From NCBI GenBank assembly GCA_031414955.1, contig JANOQV010000089.1, forward strand, positions 1 to 51,289: a DNA stretch of 51,289 nucleotides. Direction: 5' to 3'. The notes beneath the pieces are model-generated. The model was not told the origin of the DNA, ran no database searches, and worked only from the letters and a program-made list of their open reading frames with translations. Shown here piece after piece: positions 20,601 through 30,117 of this stretch (position 1 is its first letter; each line of letters begins with the position of its first letter). This DNA is from Pedosphaera sp. Its GTDB lineage: Bacteria; Verrucomicrobiota; Verrucomicrobiia; Limisphaerales; SIBH01. A program made the position numbers and the translations under genes.

Positions 20601-20828
20601 TTGAAGCTGGTGCCGACCGCGACGAATGCCAGCGTGCTGCAGTTCATCGCCCAGACGAACCTTACCTACACTGTGCTGGGCCGGACCAACCTGACGGGCG
20701 CGACCTGGACTGGCCTGACCAATGTGCTGCCTTCGGCCACGGTAAGAACCGTCCTGGTGGACACGGCGACGGCTCCGGTGCTCCAGCCAGAGCGTTACTA
20801 CCGTGTGACCACTCCCTTCACTCCCTAG
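14673..20828 (+). CDS. Large secreted protein: lamin-tail domains + jelly-roll domain + CotH kinase + Ig-like repeats + Asp-rich Ca-binding repeats + C-terminal putative sorting domain
   Basis: GTG start with signal peptide (ends AAAA-ILINEIHYNP); four LTD starts (INEIHYNP, ITEVMYNP, LNEIVAH, ISEVNYHP); CotH motifs RYRARGG, KLNL, GLYLMLEQ, KNYFYY, WDLDLTW; Ig motifs YQW..N/GATN.TL; DFDGDG x2; ends YYRVTTPFTP. Confidence 0.9.
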   Translation: MKNIVCLVVCWCGLAASHFSAAAAILINEIHYNPDVKTEPAEFVELFNTGPGTVNLTGWYFSEGLNYVFPATNVAAGGFVVVAQNPAFLQTKYGAAGALGPFNTNGSSGLAGRGDKITLRNAANQIQDEVEYALGFPWPTVGDPPGYSIELIHPSLDNDLGGSWRASTSAAVGQSSNTLVADGASWKFFKGTNEASSPTTAWRMAGFNDTNWDSGAAPIGYGEAFIVTPLNDMRSNYTAVFFRKTFTVSDPFIYNTLSFEAQYDDGFKVWINGSNVLNQNISVSEVPFDGTAGVNEEFATFRLFTLNNPSAYLQAGTNVIAIQAHNISKNDSSDFFLNVRLAGLTGAVGAGPTPGRINAVYSLNAPPQIRQVEHAPKQPAGGVPVRITAKVTDPDGVSAVTLEYQIVNPGSYIELASAAYTNAANWISVPMNDVGTNSDVTAGDDLFMAEIPAAVQTHRRLIRYRITVADTGGRSVRVPYVDDPEPNFAYFVYNGVPAWTGAVQPGAGGSNGAVVTVASNEMSRLPTIHLIGVSNTVATATWFSRYGGDLYQWGGTLVYDGKVYDHVRYRARGGVWRYSMVKNMWKFDFNRGHDFEARDNWGRKFDVPWRKLNLGSCIQQGDFNHRGEQGLFESVGFRLFQMAGVEGPNSTFSTLRVIDDAQEAAPGTQYEGDFWGLYLMLEQEDGRFLEEHERADSNFYKMEGGTGELNNLGPNGPSDKSDLNYILNNYTGATDQWWRTNWNLGRYYSYQAIVQGIHHFDISDNKNYFYYYDSQTRLWEVVSWDLDLTWAHNMYRSDVAGSGVDRLAERILNPTKEAGTGGQAGTGVMRLSGTRPVFDTEFRNRVREIRDLLFNTDQAWKLIEEYAALARGPVGTPSVIDADRMQWDYNPKMNDGAYTPNLGKAGTGRYYQFPSESGTNVALKGSFNASIQVVKNYVNTRAGYLDELATDAAKPATPTVASTGPGGFPINRLNFRSTNYSGGNPFAALRWRVGEITDTNSINYRADEPRKYEIETVWESGPIAAFNADITVPANLLRVGSRYRLRVQHTDTTARNSHWSAPQEFVVGPSDNLADLLNYLRITEVMYNPLPGGFEFIELHNTSATLTLDLAGVKFTQGIDFTFPSGATLAPGAYLVVVGTADLAAFRAYHGLAPEVVVYGPYSGSLNNAGEQLVLRTSAGGSDIVNFSYGDGRGWPVAADGGGHSMVFLDGALAAQGSGAGDYAGSWRGSTFLRGSPGAADAVPVPTILLNEIVAHTDFTNELDSNDWIELFNPTDSPVTLGPGWYLSDDGSAYTNLMKWAIPTNTTIPAHGWVSFDEVTGFHFPTNIGFGLNKGGEQVFLSYLPGTVQDRVVDAVSFKGQENDWSLGRYPDGAPFWYGLTPRTRDTTNAAPPSRVHISEVNYHPPDFLVGTNLTDNSLDEFVEIHNGTPGPVTLHNTNGTWRVNGGVNFTFPTNLTLAADEYALLVNFDPSTNAAVSNAFRSLYGITDPALRILGPYAGKLANNSDRLALELPQHPDGTNDSVSWVIVDEVLYADQPPWPCGSDGTGNSLQRLSTTLHGTDPAQWAAEPPTAGRARANLPAGLPTITSQPQDRIAATNGSTSFSVSLCGTPPFAYQWLFNEGAIGGATNATLNLSALTVAHAGGYRVIVANAAGSITSQVATLIVQSPPFVLVQPQPVVISSNQSAFFSVTAGGTPPLAYQWQRNTVNLPGATNDTLLLTNVHPSQAGQYRVLVSNTAGSVFSSNVLLTVQVPVYFSIQPTNQITVEPGTNVNLVSLAVGNGTVLYQWRFEGTNLPHATNATFSFANASLAFGHGIFSVVATDDLSTATSSNALVFVRLRPGIVLQPLPQAVIQGQSAMFICVVTGAPPISIRWLTNGVGYLTNSSGILVIPNAQLNFSLRANPVNLAGGVNSSTVALTILRDFDGDGLADSWETNYFGFSTNNPADGLLDFDGDGMSNYDEYRARTNPTNALSVLKLVPTATNASVLQFIAQTNLTYTVLGRTNLTGATWTGLTNVLPSATVRTVLVDTATAPVLQPERYYRVTTPFTP

Positions 20829-20941
20829 CCCGCGCGGGACCGCTGCGTTGGGCCGCGCGCGCCTCCTGGCCGTGGGAATTGTGGCGGCTTCGCCCGGCCC
20901 TCTGCGCATGTCTGAGTAGAGGACGTTTGACCTCTGCTTGA

Positions 20942-22081
20942 ATGATGAAGACTCGAAGAATTCTTGGCTGGCTGGGGGCGCTCGCGGCCGTGCTGATGCT
21001 CGGCCTGAGCTGGCGGGCTTGGACTGCGCACCAGAATCTTGTCACCCTCGATGTGCGCAACATGGACGTGCGCGATGTGGTGCGGAAGATCGAGTGGCAG
21101 GTCTGGGAAATCATCCAGGTGGACAAGGCGGTGGCCGGTAAAGTGACTTTGAACGTGAAGCGCATGCCACTGGAGCAAGTGCTGGCACTGGTGGCGAGTC
21201 AGACCTCGGCGCGCTCCTCGGTCCTGTATGCGCTTTACTCGAACAGCCGTTCCTTCACCGCACTCAAGCAATCTCTGCGCGGGGAAACCGATCCGATCAC
21301 GAGCGGTTGGACAAATCTGGGGGCGAATCCATGGGGCGTTGGCCTGGGCGGATTTGGTCCGGGCGGGCCAGGCGGGCCGGGCTTCGCGCCCGTGGCTCCT
21401 GGACTTGTCTCGCTGACTATTCTGAATCAGGACGTGACGTTCGCGGCCCTGGCCTTCAGCCGATTCGCCCAGACCCGAGTGGTGCCGGAGGACGGAGTGA
21501 CCGCCACCGTCAACGTGACCATCCAGCAGGCCCCGGTGGATAAGGCGGTGGCCCAACTGGCCCGGGCGGTGAATCGCGATTGGATGAAGATGTATGCTTT
21601 ACAGCCCGGCTTCGGCCTGGCCGGGGGCCGTGGCCCAGGCGGGCTGGGTGGACCCGGAGAAGCCGCGCCGTTCGTGGTGCGCGGCGGAAGGGAGGGCGAT
21701 CCGAACCGTCCGCCGCAATTTGCCTTCGGCGGACCGCCGATGAGCGAGGAGCAGCGCGACGAGGCGCGCCAGCAACGGGAGAAACTGGAAGAAGCGTTGA
21801 AGCAAACTCTGCCGGCCGAGGAGCGCCAGAAGCTGGAGAACGCCCAGCGCGAGCGCGAGAAGCTGATGGAGGAAATGGCGAATCTGACACCCGAACAACG
21901 CCGCGACCGCATGGGCCAGATGGGTGGAGGGCCGGGCGGACCAGGCGGACCAGGTGGCATGAACCGCATGATGCAGGAAAGGCTGCTGAACAGCACACCG
22001 GAGCAACGCGCCGAAATGGACGCGAGAATGCGGCAATTCCGCGGGCCGGGCGGAAGTGGCCCGGGCGGGCCACCGCGGTGA
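20942..22081 (+). CDS. Exported protein with two secretin-N0/STN-like domains and a Gly-Pro-rich/charged helical tail; no secretin barrel
   Basis: N-terminal signal/[19 protein letters not shown]...[16 protein letters not shown] and VSLTI...[18 protein letters not shown] repeats; LTPEQRR/STPEQRA helices. Confidence 0.7.
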   Translation: MMKTRRILGWLGALAAVLMLGLSWRAWTAHQNLVTLDVRNMDVRDVVRKIEWQVWEIIQVDKAVAGKVTLNVKRMPLEQVLALVASQTSARSSVLYALYSNSRSFTALKQSLRGETDPITSGWTNLGANPWGVGLGGFGPGGPGGPGFAPVAPGLVSLTILNQDVTFAALAFSRFAQTRVVPEDGVTATVNVTIQQAPVDKAVAQLARAVNRDWMKMYALQPGFGLAGGRGPGGLGGPGEAAPFVVRGGREGDPNRPPQFAFGGPPMSEEQRDEARQQREKLEEALKQTLPAEERQKLENAQREREKLMEEMANLTPEQRRDRMGQMGGGPGGPGGPGGMNRMMQERLLNSTPEQRAEMDARMRQFRGPGGSGPGGPPR

Positions 22082-22113
22082 GGCGGCAAAGAAATGAAAA
22101 GCGTTTTGAAATC

Positions 22114-22668
22114 ATGAATGTTCCTTCCAAATCGATCCGGGCCTTCACCCTCATCGAGTTGCTCGTGGTCATAGCCATCATCGCCATCCTGGCGGCGTTG
22201 CTGCTGCCGGTGCTGGCCCGCTCGAAGGACAAAGCCAAGGGCATCGCCTGCTTGAGCAACCTCAAGCAGCTCGGGATCGCCGTGCGCACCTGCTCGGACG
22301 CGAACGAAGGCCGGCTGCCTGTCGCCGAGCGGCTGCCTTCCTTGCCCGGCGCGACCCTGCCGCGCATCTGCGATCTGCTGGCCCCGGAACTGGGCTACGA
22401 CACCAACCACCTGCCGCAACAGGCCACGGTCTTTCGCTGCCCGCAGGACAACGTGCAGCGTTTCGAGCAGAACGGTTCGAGCTACGAGTGGAACGCTCAT
22501 TACAACGGGCGGCCCGTGGACAGCCCGCGCCAGAGCCAGAACCCGATCAGCGAGGCGCCCTTGATGTACGACTATGAGAAATTTCACGACCAGGGCCGCA
22601 CGCTCAACATTCTTTACGCCGACTATCATGTGGAAAAGTTGACGGTGAAGAATATCCTCCCGGACTGA
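22114..22668 (+). CDS. Prepilin-type N-terminal cleavage/methylation protein (PVC H-X9-DG-like pseudopilin)
   Basis: [24 protein letters not shown]...C.SNLKQLG, FRCP.D, SSYEWN, C-terminal H...NILYADYHV. Confidence 0.9.
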   Translation: MNVPSKSIRAFTLIELLVVIAIIAILAALLLPVLARSKDKAKGIACLSNLKQLGIAVRTCSDANEGRLPVAERLPSLPGATLPRICDLLAPELGYDTNHLPQQATVFRCPQDNVQRFEQNGSSYEWNAHYNGRPVDSPRQSQNPISEAPLMYDYEKFHDQGRTLNILYADYHVEKLTVKNILPD

Positions 22669-22765
22669 AACCCGGTACGGTGTCGAATCGTCCCTATTGA
22701 ACAAATCGGGCCGCTCGTGGATCCGGACGAAAGGTCGGTTTCCCGGCGAGCGCAATGACAACTTT

Positions 22766-25700
22766 ATGAACTGCTTTCCTTCGCGAGCCGTGGTCACTGG
22801 GGTGGTCGCACTGCTCGTCGGCGTGCTCATGTGCTCCGCCGCCAATGTCGGTCCGGGCGGCTCCACGAATTTCTTCGACGCTCTGCCCGGAGGCGCAGAT
22901 TGGACCAGTCTGAGCCGGTCCGGCGGGGCGGCGGACAGCTACGATCTGGATGCCGACGTGCAGACGAACATTACCGCCGCGCTCGCGGTGGCGGCGTTGA
23001 CTTCCAGCACCAGTGATCCGGCGGCGGCCAGTCTGCGCGCCATCTGGAGTTCCGCCGGGCTGTATGTCCAGACCCGACCGACTGGCAATCGCTACACCAC
23101 GTTGATGGGCAAATTCGTCAACAGCAGCGGGAGCAACATCTCGGTGGTGGCGCTCTCCTATCAGATAACTTTTGCCGGCACCACCATCGCGGAGGAACCG
23201 GGTCGCGGCACCCGCGTCTATTTTAGCCTCACCGGCCTGTCGAACTCATGGGCCAACCTGCCTGCGCTCAACACCGTGGCGAGCAACGGCGTGAGTCAGT
23301 TCAGCACCAACCTCCCGGTGAACTGGCTGAATGGCGGCAATCTTTTCCTGCTCTTCGCCGATGACAACACATCGGCGGGCGCCGACGTGGCGGTGGCACT
23401 GGACAACTTCTCCCTCGCGCTCACGCCCGCGCCGCCTTCCTGCACGATCTTCTCCCCCACCAACGGCGTGGCCTACGGGTTCCATCTTCCCATCCCGTTC
23501 GAGGCCACGGCTGATCCTGGATCGGGCGGCCCGACGACCACGGGCCTCGGCTTCTACTCCGCGCCGGGTGGTTTCCTCGCCTCCGTGCTGACGGCGCCTT
23601 ACACGAACAGCCTCATCCTCCCTGTGGGCACTTACGGCATCTATGCCGTGGCGACGAACAGCCTCGGGTCGGCGCAGTTTTCCGCTACGAATACGATCTA
23701 CGTGGTGGTGCCGCCGACCAATGCCGCGCCGCCGGCCATTCTGGCCCAAGCACCTGCGAGCGGCGGGACAGTGAGCAACCTCTCCTCGATTCAAGTGCGG
23801 TTCTCGGAAAATGTCTTCAACGTGCAGGCCGCCGATTTGCTGGTGAACGACCTGGCGGCGACCAACGTCACCGGCATCGGATCGAATTACGTTTTCCTGA
23901 TCGCGCCGCCGCCGTTTGGCCCGGTGACGGTGCGCTTCGGGACCGGTCACGGCATCACCGACCTTGGTTACCCGACGGACTTGGCCTTCGATGAAAACGG
24001 AGCGGGTGCGTCCTGGACTTACAATTTGATCGATGTCTTCCCGCCGACGCTCACGGCCCGCGCTCCGGGGGCCGGCGCGACCGTGACCAATCTTTCGCAG
24101 GTCAGCGTGACCTTCAGCGAGCCGGTGACAGGTTTAGATGCGGCCGACCTGCTCTTGAGCACCTTTCCCGCTTCCGGCCTGAGTGGCTCCGGTTCCAACT
24201 GGGTCTTTACCTTCCCGGCGCGCGGGGCGGGCGTGGTCGCGGTGACCTGGGCCACGGGCCACGGCCTTCAAGACTTGTGGGGCAACCTCTTTGATCCAGC
24301 CACGGCGGGTCACACCTGGAGTTACACGAACCTGGATCAGATTCCGCCCGTGGTCTGGTCGCAGAACCCGCCCACCGGTTCGTTTGTCCCGAGCCTTACG
24401 TTCATCACGGTGAATTTTTCGGAAAACGTCCTTGGCGTCAACGCCAGTGACCTGCGGGTGAACGGAGTCGCCGCAACTGCGGTGAGTGGCGGCCTGGGGA
24501 GCTATACTTTCACCGTGCCCTGGTTGAACGACACCAATGTGAACGTGGCCTGGACCCCAGGTCACGGCATCACGGACGCCGTCGCTCCGCCGAACCCTTT
24601 TAACGCCGCCGCCCCAGGCGCAACGTGGAGCTATACTTCCCTCGACCACGCCGCTCCGCAGGCCCGGGTGTTCCACGCGCCGTCCAATACTGTGCGGAGT
24701 TTGACCCACCTCAACGTGACCTTCGACGAACCGGTCAGTGGAGTGGATGCGGGGGATATTTTGATCAATGGACTCGTCGCCACCAACGTCAGCGGCGTCG
24801 GAGCCGGCCCCTACCTCTTCACTTTCCCGCCCCCGCCCACGGGCGCGGTGGCCGTGGCCTGGGCCGCCGGGCACGGCATCACGGATGTCTCACCGAACGC
24901 AAACCCCTTTCTGGGCGGCGCGTGGGGTTACCTCCTCGACCCGAGCCTCAGCGTGGAATACACCGTGAATCATGTGGTGCAGATGAGTTTGGACGGTTGC
25001 GCGGCGGTGCATTTGCAATTCTACGTGACCAATGCGCCCGCCCAGTTCCCCAACTTCGTCCGGCTGATCAAGGAAGGCGCATGGACCATGAACGCGCGCT
25101 GCGATTACGAGTATTCAGAAACCGTCCCCAATCACGCCACCATGTTCATGGCCCGGCCGGTGTTGCAGCCCGCGGGCGCGGCCAACACCGTGCATCATGG
25201 CTATAACAACAACTTTCCCACTCCGGCCGAGACCTTCCACAACGCGGGCAACTCGAACCTGGCCTACAAGTCGAGCATGATGGATGTGGCCCATGATTAC
25301 GGACGAAGCACCGCTCTCTACACCGGCAAAACACGCCTCGACATCTGTGACCGCAGCTACAACACGACCAACGGTGCGCTTGATTCGACGGGGGCTGATC
25401 ACGGGCGCGACAAGATCGACTTCGGCTCCATCGCGGATATTTCCGGCTCGGCCATCTCGAATGAAGTCACGCAGCTCATCACCAACTTGCTCAGTGCCAC
25501 GCCCAGGAATTACAGCTTCATCCACCTTGCCGAGCCGGACCTGACCGGCCACTCCTCGGGCTGGGGCAGCGCCAATTGGAGCAATGCCGTGCGAAACGTG
25601 GATCGGGAGATTGGCCGGATTCTCAACGCCATCGACACCAATCCGGTGCTCTCCAATCAGACCGCCCTCCTCATCACGGCGGACCACGGCGGCGGGGGGG

Positions 25701-26173
25701 TGACGTTCAACGCGCACACCGAGGCTTACCACATCACCAACTACACCGTGCCGTTCTTTGTGCGCGCGCCGGGCATTCAAGCCGGCGCGGATGCGTATGC
25801 GATTTTCCTCAACCGCGGCCACCCCGGCACCAACCGCACCGACTACACCACTCAGCCCCAGCCCATCCGCAACGCCGATGCCAGCAACCTCGCCCTTTCT
25901 TTCCTCGGCCTGCCGCCCATTCCCGGCTCGTTTATCGTCCCCGTCCTGAACACGCCGGTGAATTCCCTGCGCGTGGCGCGCGGCCCGGCCGTGACGACGG
26001 TGTTCTGGTATGATCCGAACAATGATTCGGTGCTGGAGTCGGCCGGCGAGTTGGTCGCGCCCATCGAGTGGCAGGCTGTGACCGTGGGCCTCATCATGAG
26101 TGACACGACCAAATCCTACACCGTGACCAACGGCGCGGCGGGCCCCCAATTTTTCCGCGTGCGGAAACTCTGA
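22766..26173 (+). CDS. Secreted multi-Ig protein with an alkaline phosphatase/nucleotide pyrophosphatase domain and C-terminal putative sorting domain
   Basis: Signal peptide; four repeats V.FSE.V..V.A.DL.VN...W..GHGITD; AP-superfamily motifs SLDG, T.PNH, EPD..GH, TADHGG; ends QFFRVRKL. Confidence 0.85.
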   Translation: MNCFPSRAVVTGVVALLVGVLMCSAANVGPGGSTNFFDALPGGADWTSLSRSGGAADSYDLDADVQTNITAALAVAALTSSTSDPAAASLRAIWSSAGLYVQTRPTGNRYTTLMGKFVNSSGSNISVVALSYQITFAGTTIAEEPGRGTRVYFSLTGLSNSWANLPALNTVASNGVSQFSTNLPVNWLNGGNLFLLFADDNTSAGADVAVALDNFSLALTPAPPSCTIFSPTNGVAYGFHLPIPFEATADPGSGGPTTTGLGFYSAPGGFLASVLTAPYTNSLILPVGTYGIYAVATNSLGSAQFSATNTIYVVVPPTNAAPPAILAQAPASGGTVSNLSSIQVRFSENVFNVQAADLLVNDLAATNVTGIGSNYVFLIAPPPFGPVTVRFGTGHGITDLGYPTDLAFDENGAGASWTYNLIDVFPPTLTARAPGAGATVTNLSQVSVTFSEPVTGLDAADLLLSTFPASGLSGSGSNWVFTFPARGAGVVAVTWATGHGLQDLWGNLFDPATAGHTWSYTNLDQIPPVVWSQNPPTGSFVPSLTFITVNFSENVLGVNASDLRVNGVAATAVSGGLGSYTFTVPWLNDTNVNVAWTPGHGITDAVAPPNPFNAAAPGATWSYTSLDHAAPQARVFHAPSNTVRSLTHLNVTFDEPVSGVDAGDILINGLVATNVSGVGAGPYLFTFPPPPTGAVAVAWAAGHGITDVSPNANPFLGGAWGYLLDPSLSVEYTVNHVVQMSLDGCAAVHLQFYVTNAPAQFPNFVRLIKEGAWTMNARCDYEYSETVPNHATMFMARPVLQPAGAANTVHHGYNNNFPTPAETFHNAGNSNLAYKSSMMDVAHDYGRSTALYTGKTRLDICDRSYNTTNGALDSTGADHGRDKIDFGSIADISGSAISNEVTQLITNLLSATPRNYSFIHLAEPDLTGHSSGWGSANWSNAVRNVDREIGRILNAIDTNPVLSNQTALLITADHGGGGVTFNAHTEAYHITNYTVPFFVRAPGIQAGADAYAIFLNRGHPGTNRTDYTTQPQPIRNADASNLALSFLGLPPIPGSFIVPVLNTPVNSLRVARGPAVTTVFWYDPNNDSVLESAGELVAPIEWQAVTVGLIMSDTTKSYTVTNGAAGPQFFRVRKL

Positions 26174-26236
26174 GCGGGGCGGGACCTCACGCGGTGGCCG
26201 GCTAAACCGCCCTCTCGTTTCTGCCGAAGGCTTGGT

Positions 26237-28768
26237 GTGACCGACACTGACCACACGGCAACGGCGTCCCCTGGCCTTGGTGCCATCGACGGGCGGGACG
26301 AGCAATGGGCCTGGCATTCTGACCTGGGCGCATCCTCCATCCTGCTCATCGAGGACGAGCCGCAGATCGCCGACGCCATCTTCGCCGGTTTGTCGCGGCA
26401 CCTGGTGACGGCGGCCGCGACTGGTGAGGAGGGTCTCGCGGCCATCCGGCGCGGATCATTCGATGTCGTGCTGCTTGATCTGCGCCTGCCAGGGATGGAT
26501 GGACTGGATGTCCTGCGCGCGCTCAAGGCGGACGCCAAGCACGCGCACATTCCGGTGGTGGTGCTCACGGCCCACGGCGAGATCCAGGAGAAGGTTCATG
26601 CCTTTGAACTCGGCGCGCATGATTTCATCACCAAGCCCTTCATCATCTCCGAGTTGCGGGCGCGCATTCAGGCGGCCACCCGGGCCAAGCGCATGCACGA
26701 CGGTTTGGTGGCGCGGACGCGGGAGTTCGAGCAGGCGCGCAATGAGGCGGAGGCGGCCGCGCGGGCCAAATGCGATTTCATCGCCAGCATGAGCCATGAG
26801 ATTCGCACGCCCATGAACGGCGTGATCGCCATGACCGGTCTGCTCCAGCAGACCGTCCTTACCACCGGGCAGAGCGATTTCGTGGAGACCATCCGGGCCA
26901 GCGGCGAATCGCTGCTCACCATCATCAACGACATTCTGAACATCTCGAAGCTCGAGGCGGGCAAGCTGGAACTGGATTGTCGCCCGTTCTCGCTGCGCGA
27001 ATGCATTGGCAGCGCCGTGGACGTGCTGGCACCGAAAGCCGTCGAGAACAAGATTGACCTGGCTTTTGAAGTCGCTCCGGACCTGCCTGACTCCGTGCTG
27101 GGCGACGACCAACGGATCCGCCAGGTGCTGATCAACTTGCTGGGCAACGCGGTGAAGTTCACGCCGCAGGGCGAGGTGATACTGACCGTGCGCCGCGCCC
27201 CTGGTCCGGGCGCGCATGAAACGGAGACGAGGCCGAACCTGGAATTCGCGGTGCGCGATACCGGACTGGGCATCGCGCCGGAGAAATTGCAGCACATGTT
27301 TCAGCCCTTCGCCCAGGCCGACGCATCGACGGAGCGCGAGCATGGCGGCACTGGGCTGGGTCTGGCCATCAGCAAGCGGTTGGTGGAATTGATGGGCGGC
27401 AAGATCCGGGCGGAAAGCCAGCCGGGCGTGGGATCGACGTTTTTCTTTACCGTCCCGCTGACTGCGGTCGCGGCGACGCTCGGTGCCCGGACGGACGCGG
27501 CGGTTCTGGGTGGCAAGCGACTCCTGCTCGCCGTGTGGAACGAGACGGTGGGCGGAATTCTGGAGCGGACGGTTACGAACTGGGGCATGAATTGCGTGCG
27601 AGCCCGCGATACCATGTCCGCGCTCGAAATTTTGCGCGCAGGCCAGTGCGACGCGGCCATGCTTGACCTCAGTCTGGCGGCCAGCTCCGCCGTGGGGCCG
27701 GCGCTGATTGAGGCGCGCAAACCGCTGGTGCTGATCAGCCCGATCGGCGCGACGGTGGCGGAGTCCGCCCTCAGTCAGATTGAAAAGCGCTTCGTCACCG
27801 CGCCGATCAAGGAGTCTCAATTGCAGCGCGCGCTGGTCGAATTGTTTGAGCGCCGTCCAGAAACCTCGCGCGCAGCAACTCCGGATCAATTGTCCGCCGG
27901 TCCGGTGCCGGAAAAAAAGCTGGGACAGCGGCTGCCGTTAAAAATCCTCGTGACCGACGACAACTTGATCAATCAGAAGGTCGCCTCCCGATTGCTCCAG
28001 CAACTCGGTTACACCGCGGACATCGCCTCAAACGGCCACGAGGCGCTGCGGGCGCTGGAGAAGAGCAACTACGATCTGGTCTTCATGGATGTTCAAATGC
28101 CGGGTCTGGACGGCCTGTCCGCGACGAGGCAGTGGCGTGAGTTCGAAAAATGCACCGGGCGCAATCCCATTCGTGTGGTCGCGATGACGGCCAACGCCAT
28201 GACTGGGGACCGGGACAAATGTCTTGCCGCCGGGATGGATGATTACCTGGCCAAACCCGTCCGACCCGAGACCCTCCAGGCGACCATTGAGCGCGTGGCT
28301 GGGCTCAATCACTCCAATTCCACGCCTTCGTCCTTGGGCCAGGCCGCCCTGGCCACTGGGAACCAATCGGCTGCCGCAGCCGTTTCAGCCCCGCCTTTTC
28401 AACCCGCCGAGGGCGATGCCGAGATGATTGACTTCGATCATCTGCTGGAATTTGCCGGAGGGTGCCGCGCTAGTTTCGTTGAAATTACCGACCTCTACTT
28501 CAATCAGACCGGCGATCAATTGGCCCGGCTCCGGACGGCGTGGCAGACGGGCGATGCGTCCGCCGTGGTCCGCCTGACCCACAGTTCGGCCGGAGCCAGC
28601 GGCGTATGCGGTATTCGGGCCATGGAACATCTTTTCCGCGAGGCGGAACAGTTGGGCAAGGCCGGTCAGATGTCAGAGTTGGAACCGGTGCTGGCCGCGA
28701 TGAAGACTACTTTCCAGCGCGTTCACGCGCTGATCCTAAACTCCCGTGATAATCTGCCGCTGTCCTAA
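26237..28768 (+). CDS. Cytoplasmic hybrid histidine kinase REC-HisKA-HATPase-REC(degenerate)-REC-HPt
   Basis: [47 protein letters not shown]; HPt LTHSSAGAS. Confidence 0.93.
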   Translation: MTDTDHTATASPGLGAIDGRDEQWAWHSDLGASSILLIEDEPQIADAIFAGLSRHLVTAAATGEEGLAAIRRGSFDVVLLDLRLPGMDGLDVLRALKADAKHAHIPVVVLTAHGEIQEKVHAFELGAHDFITKPFIISELRARIQAATRAKRMHDGLVARTREFEQARNEAEAAARAKCDFIASMSHEIRTPMNGVIAMTGLLQQTVLTTGQSDFVETIRASGESLLTIINDILNISKLEAGKLELDCRPFSLRECIGSAVDVLAPKAVENKIDLAFEVAPDLPDSVLGDDQRIRQVLINLLGNAVKFTPQGEVILTVRRAPGPGAHETETRPNLEFAVRDTGLGIAPEKLQHMFQPFAQADASTEREHGGTGLGLAISKRLVELMGGKIRAESQPGVGSTFFFTVPLTAVAATLGARTDAAVLGGKRLLLAVWNETVGGILERTVTNWGMNCVRARDTMSALEILRAGQCDAAMLDLSLAASSAVGPALIEARKPLVLISPIGATVAESALSQIEKRFVTAPIKESQLQRALVELFERRPETSRAATPDQLSAGPVPEKKLGQRLPLKILVTDDNLINQKVASRLLQQLGYTADIASNGHEALRALEKSNYDLVFMDVQMPGLDGLSATRQWREFEKCTGRNPIRVVAMTANAMTGDRDKCLAAGMDDYLAKPVRPETLQATIERVAGLNHSNSTPSSLGQAALATGNQSAAAAVSAPPFQPAEGDAEMIDFDHLLEFAGGCRASFVEITDLYFNQTGDQLARLRTAWQTGDASAVVRLTHSSAGASGVCGIRAMEHLFREAEQLGKAGQMSELEPVLAAMKTTFQRVHALILNSRDNLPLS

Positions 28769-28780
28769 GTATTCGTAGTT

Positions 28781-30085
28781 ATGAAGAAAATCCTGATTAT
28801 TGAGGACGATCCCATCGTTGCACACGTCTATCGAAGTCGCTTGGAGAAGGAAGGATTTCAAGTCGAGGTCGCGCCGGATGGGCAGTTGGGTCATCATTTG
28901 CTTCATCAGTGGAAGCCGGACGGCTTGCTCCTCGATCTCATGCTGCCCAAACTCAACGGCATCGACTTGTTGAAAAAAGTCAGGGCCGTCCGTGAGTTTG
29001 AAAAGCTGCCCATTGTTGTTTTCACGAACGCCTACGTGGCGAACATGATTCACGAAGCGTTTTCCTCCGGGGCCTCGGCCGTGTACAACAAGTCCACGGT
29101 TACACCCCGGCAAATCATCGACGTCCTTTCCAACATGCTTTCGCCCGATGGCCGGGCTGCGGCCAATGCGGCGGCGGCCGGGGTCGCGGCCTTGGAAGCC
29201 AAACCAGTCCCGGCACCAGCGCCGGTGGTCGTGCTTCCACCTCCAAACCGCGCCCCCGAAAAGCCGACGGCCACCAACGCCACGGATGACGCCAGTTTTC
29301 AAAAGGAACTTCAGGCCAGCTTCCTGGGTGGCAGTGCCGCCGCCGTGATCGAAATGCGCAAGCAACTCCAGGAAACGAGCAAAGCGGATGAGGCGTCGCG
29401 CTCCAGTTGCGTGGAAGCGCTCTACCGCAAGGTGCGCTCGTTCACCTCCGGGGCCGGCATGGCTGGGATTCTTTACGTGGCCAAGTTCGGGGCCGCCGTG
29501 GAGGCCTTGCTCAAGGAGATGCTGGACAAGCCCAAGACGGTCAACCTCTCCACCCTGCGGACGGTGGCCCAGGCTGTGGATTTCTTTGGTGAGCTGTGCA
29601 AGGCCGGCCATGCGCCGGACCTGGCGGAGAATCCACCCATCGACATTCTTATCGTGGACGACGAAGTCCTGTCGCGGCGAGCCATTGTCTATGCGCTGGA
29701 GAAGGCGTTCCTCAAGGCCGCCGCCGTGGAAGACTCCGAGGCCGCCCTGGCCCGGGCCAAGGTCACCAGATTTGATCTAATTTTCATTGATGTGAACATG
29801 CCGGGCCTGACCGGGTTTCAACTCTGCGACAAACTGCGCGAGCATGGCCTGAACAAAGTTACCCCGATTATCTTCGTCACCGGCACCACCGACTTCCAGG
29901 TGCGGGCGCAATCCACGCTGCGCGGGGCCAGTGACCTGATCGCCAAACCCTTCATGTTCATTGAACTCACGGTCAAGGCGTTGACCTTCGCCCTTCGTCA
30001 TCGGATCGAAGCCCGCAAGCAAGCCCGCGTCTTGAATCACGAACGGCCCTCGGGCGTGGCGGAGGAACTGGCCGTCTTGATCTGA
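28781..30085 (+). CDS. Response regulator with two receiver domains around an HPt-like helical bundle
   Basis: N-terminal ILIIEDD...LLDLMLP; C-terminal ILIVDD...FIDVNMPG...KP; no DNA-binding output domain. Confidence 0.9.
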   Translation: MKKILIIEDDPIVAHVYRSRLEKEGFQVEVAPDGQLGHHLLHQWKPDGLLLDLMLPKLNGIDLLKKVRAVREFEKLPIVVFTNAYVANMIHEAFSSGASAVYNKSTVTPRQIIDVLSNMLSPDGRAAANAAAAGVAALEAKPVPAPAPVVVLPPPNRAPEKPTATNATDDASFQKELQASFLGGSAAAVIEMRKQLQETSKADEASRSSCVEALYRKVRSFTSGAGMAGILYVAKFGAAVEALLKEMLDKPKTVNLSTLRTVAQAVDFFGELCKAGHAPDLAENPPIDILIVDDEVLSRRAIVYALEKAFLKAAAVEDSEAALARAKVTRFDLIFIDVNMPGLTGFQLCDKLREHGLNKVTPIIFVTGTTDFQVRAQSTLRGASDLIAKPFMFIELTVKALTFALRHRIEARKQARVLNHERPSGVAEELAVLI

Positions 30086-30117
30086 AATCTGCCCATCGGT
30101 CCCCTGGTCAGGCACCC

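Noticed and set aside
14664..20909. 2081-aa antisense ORF (also 1823-4030, 36173-38767, 32721-34487 and similar)
   Set aside because: Shadow frames of GC-biased genes; no motifs and complete overlap with well-supported CDSs.
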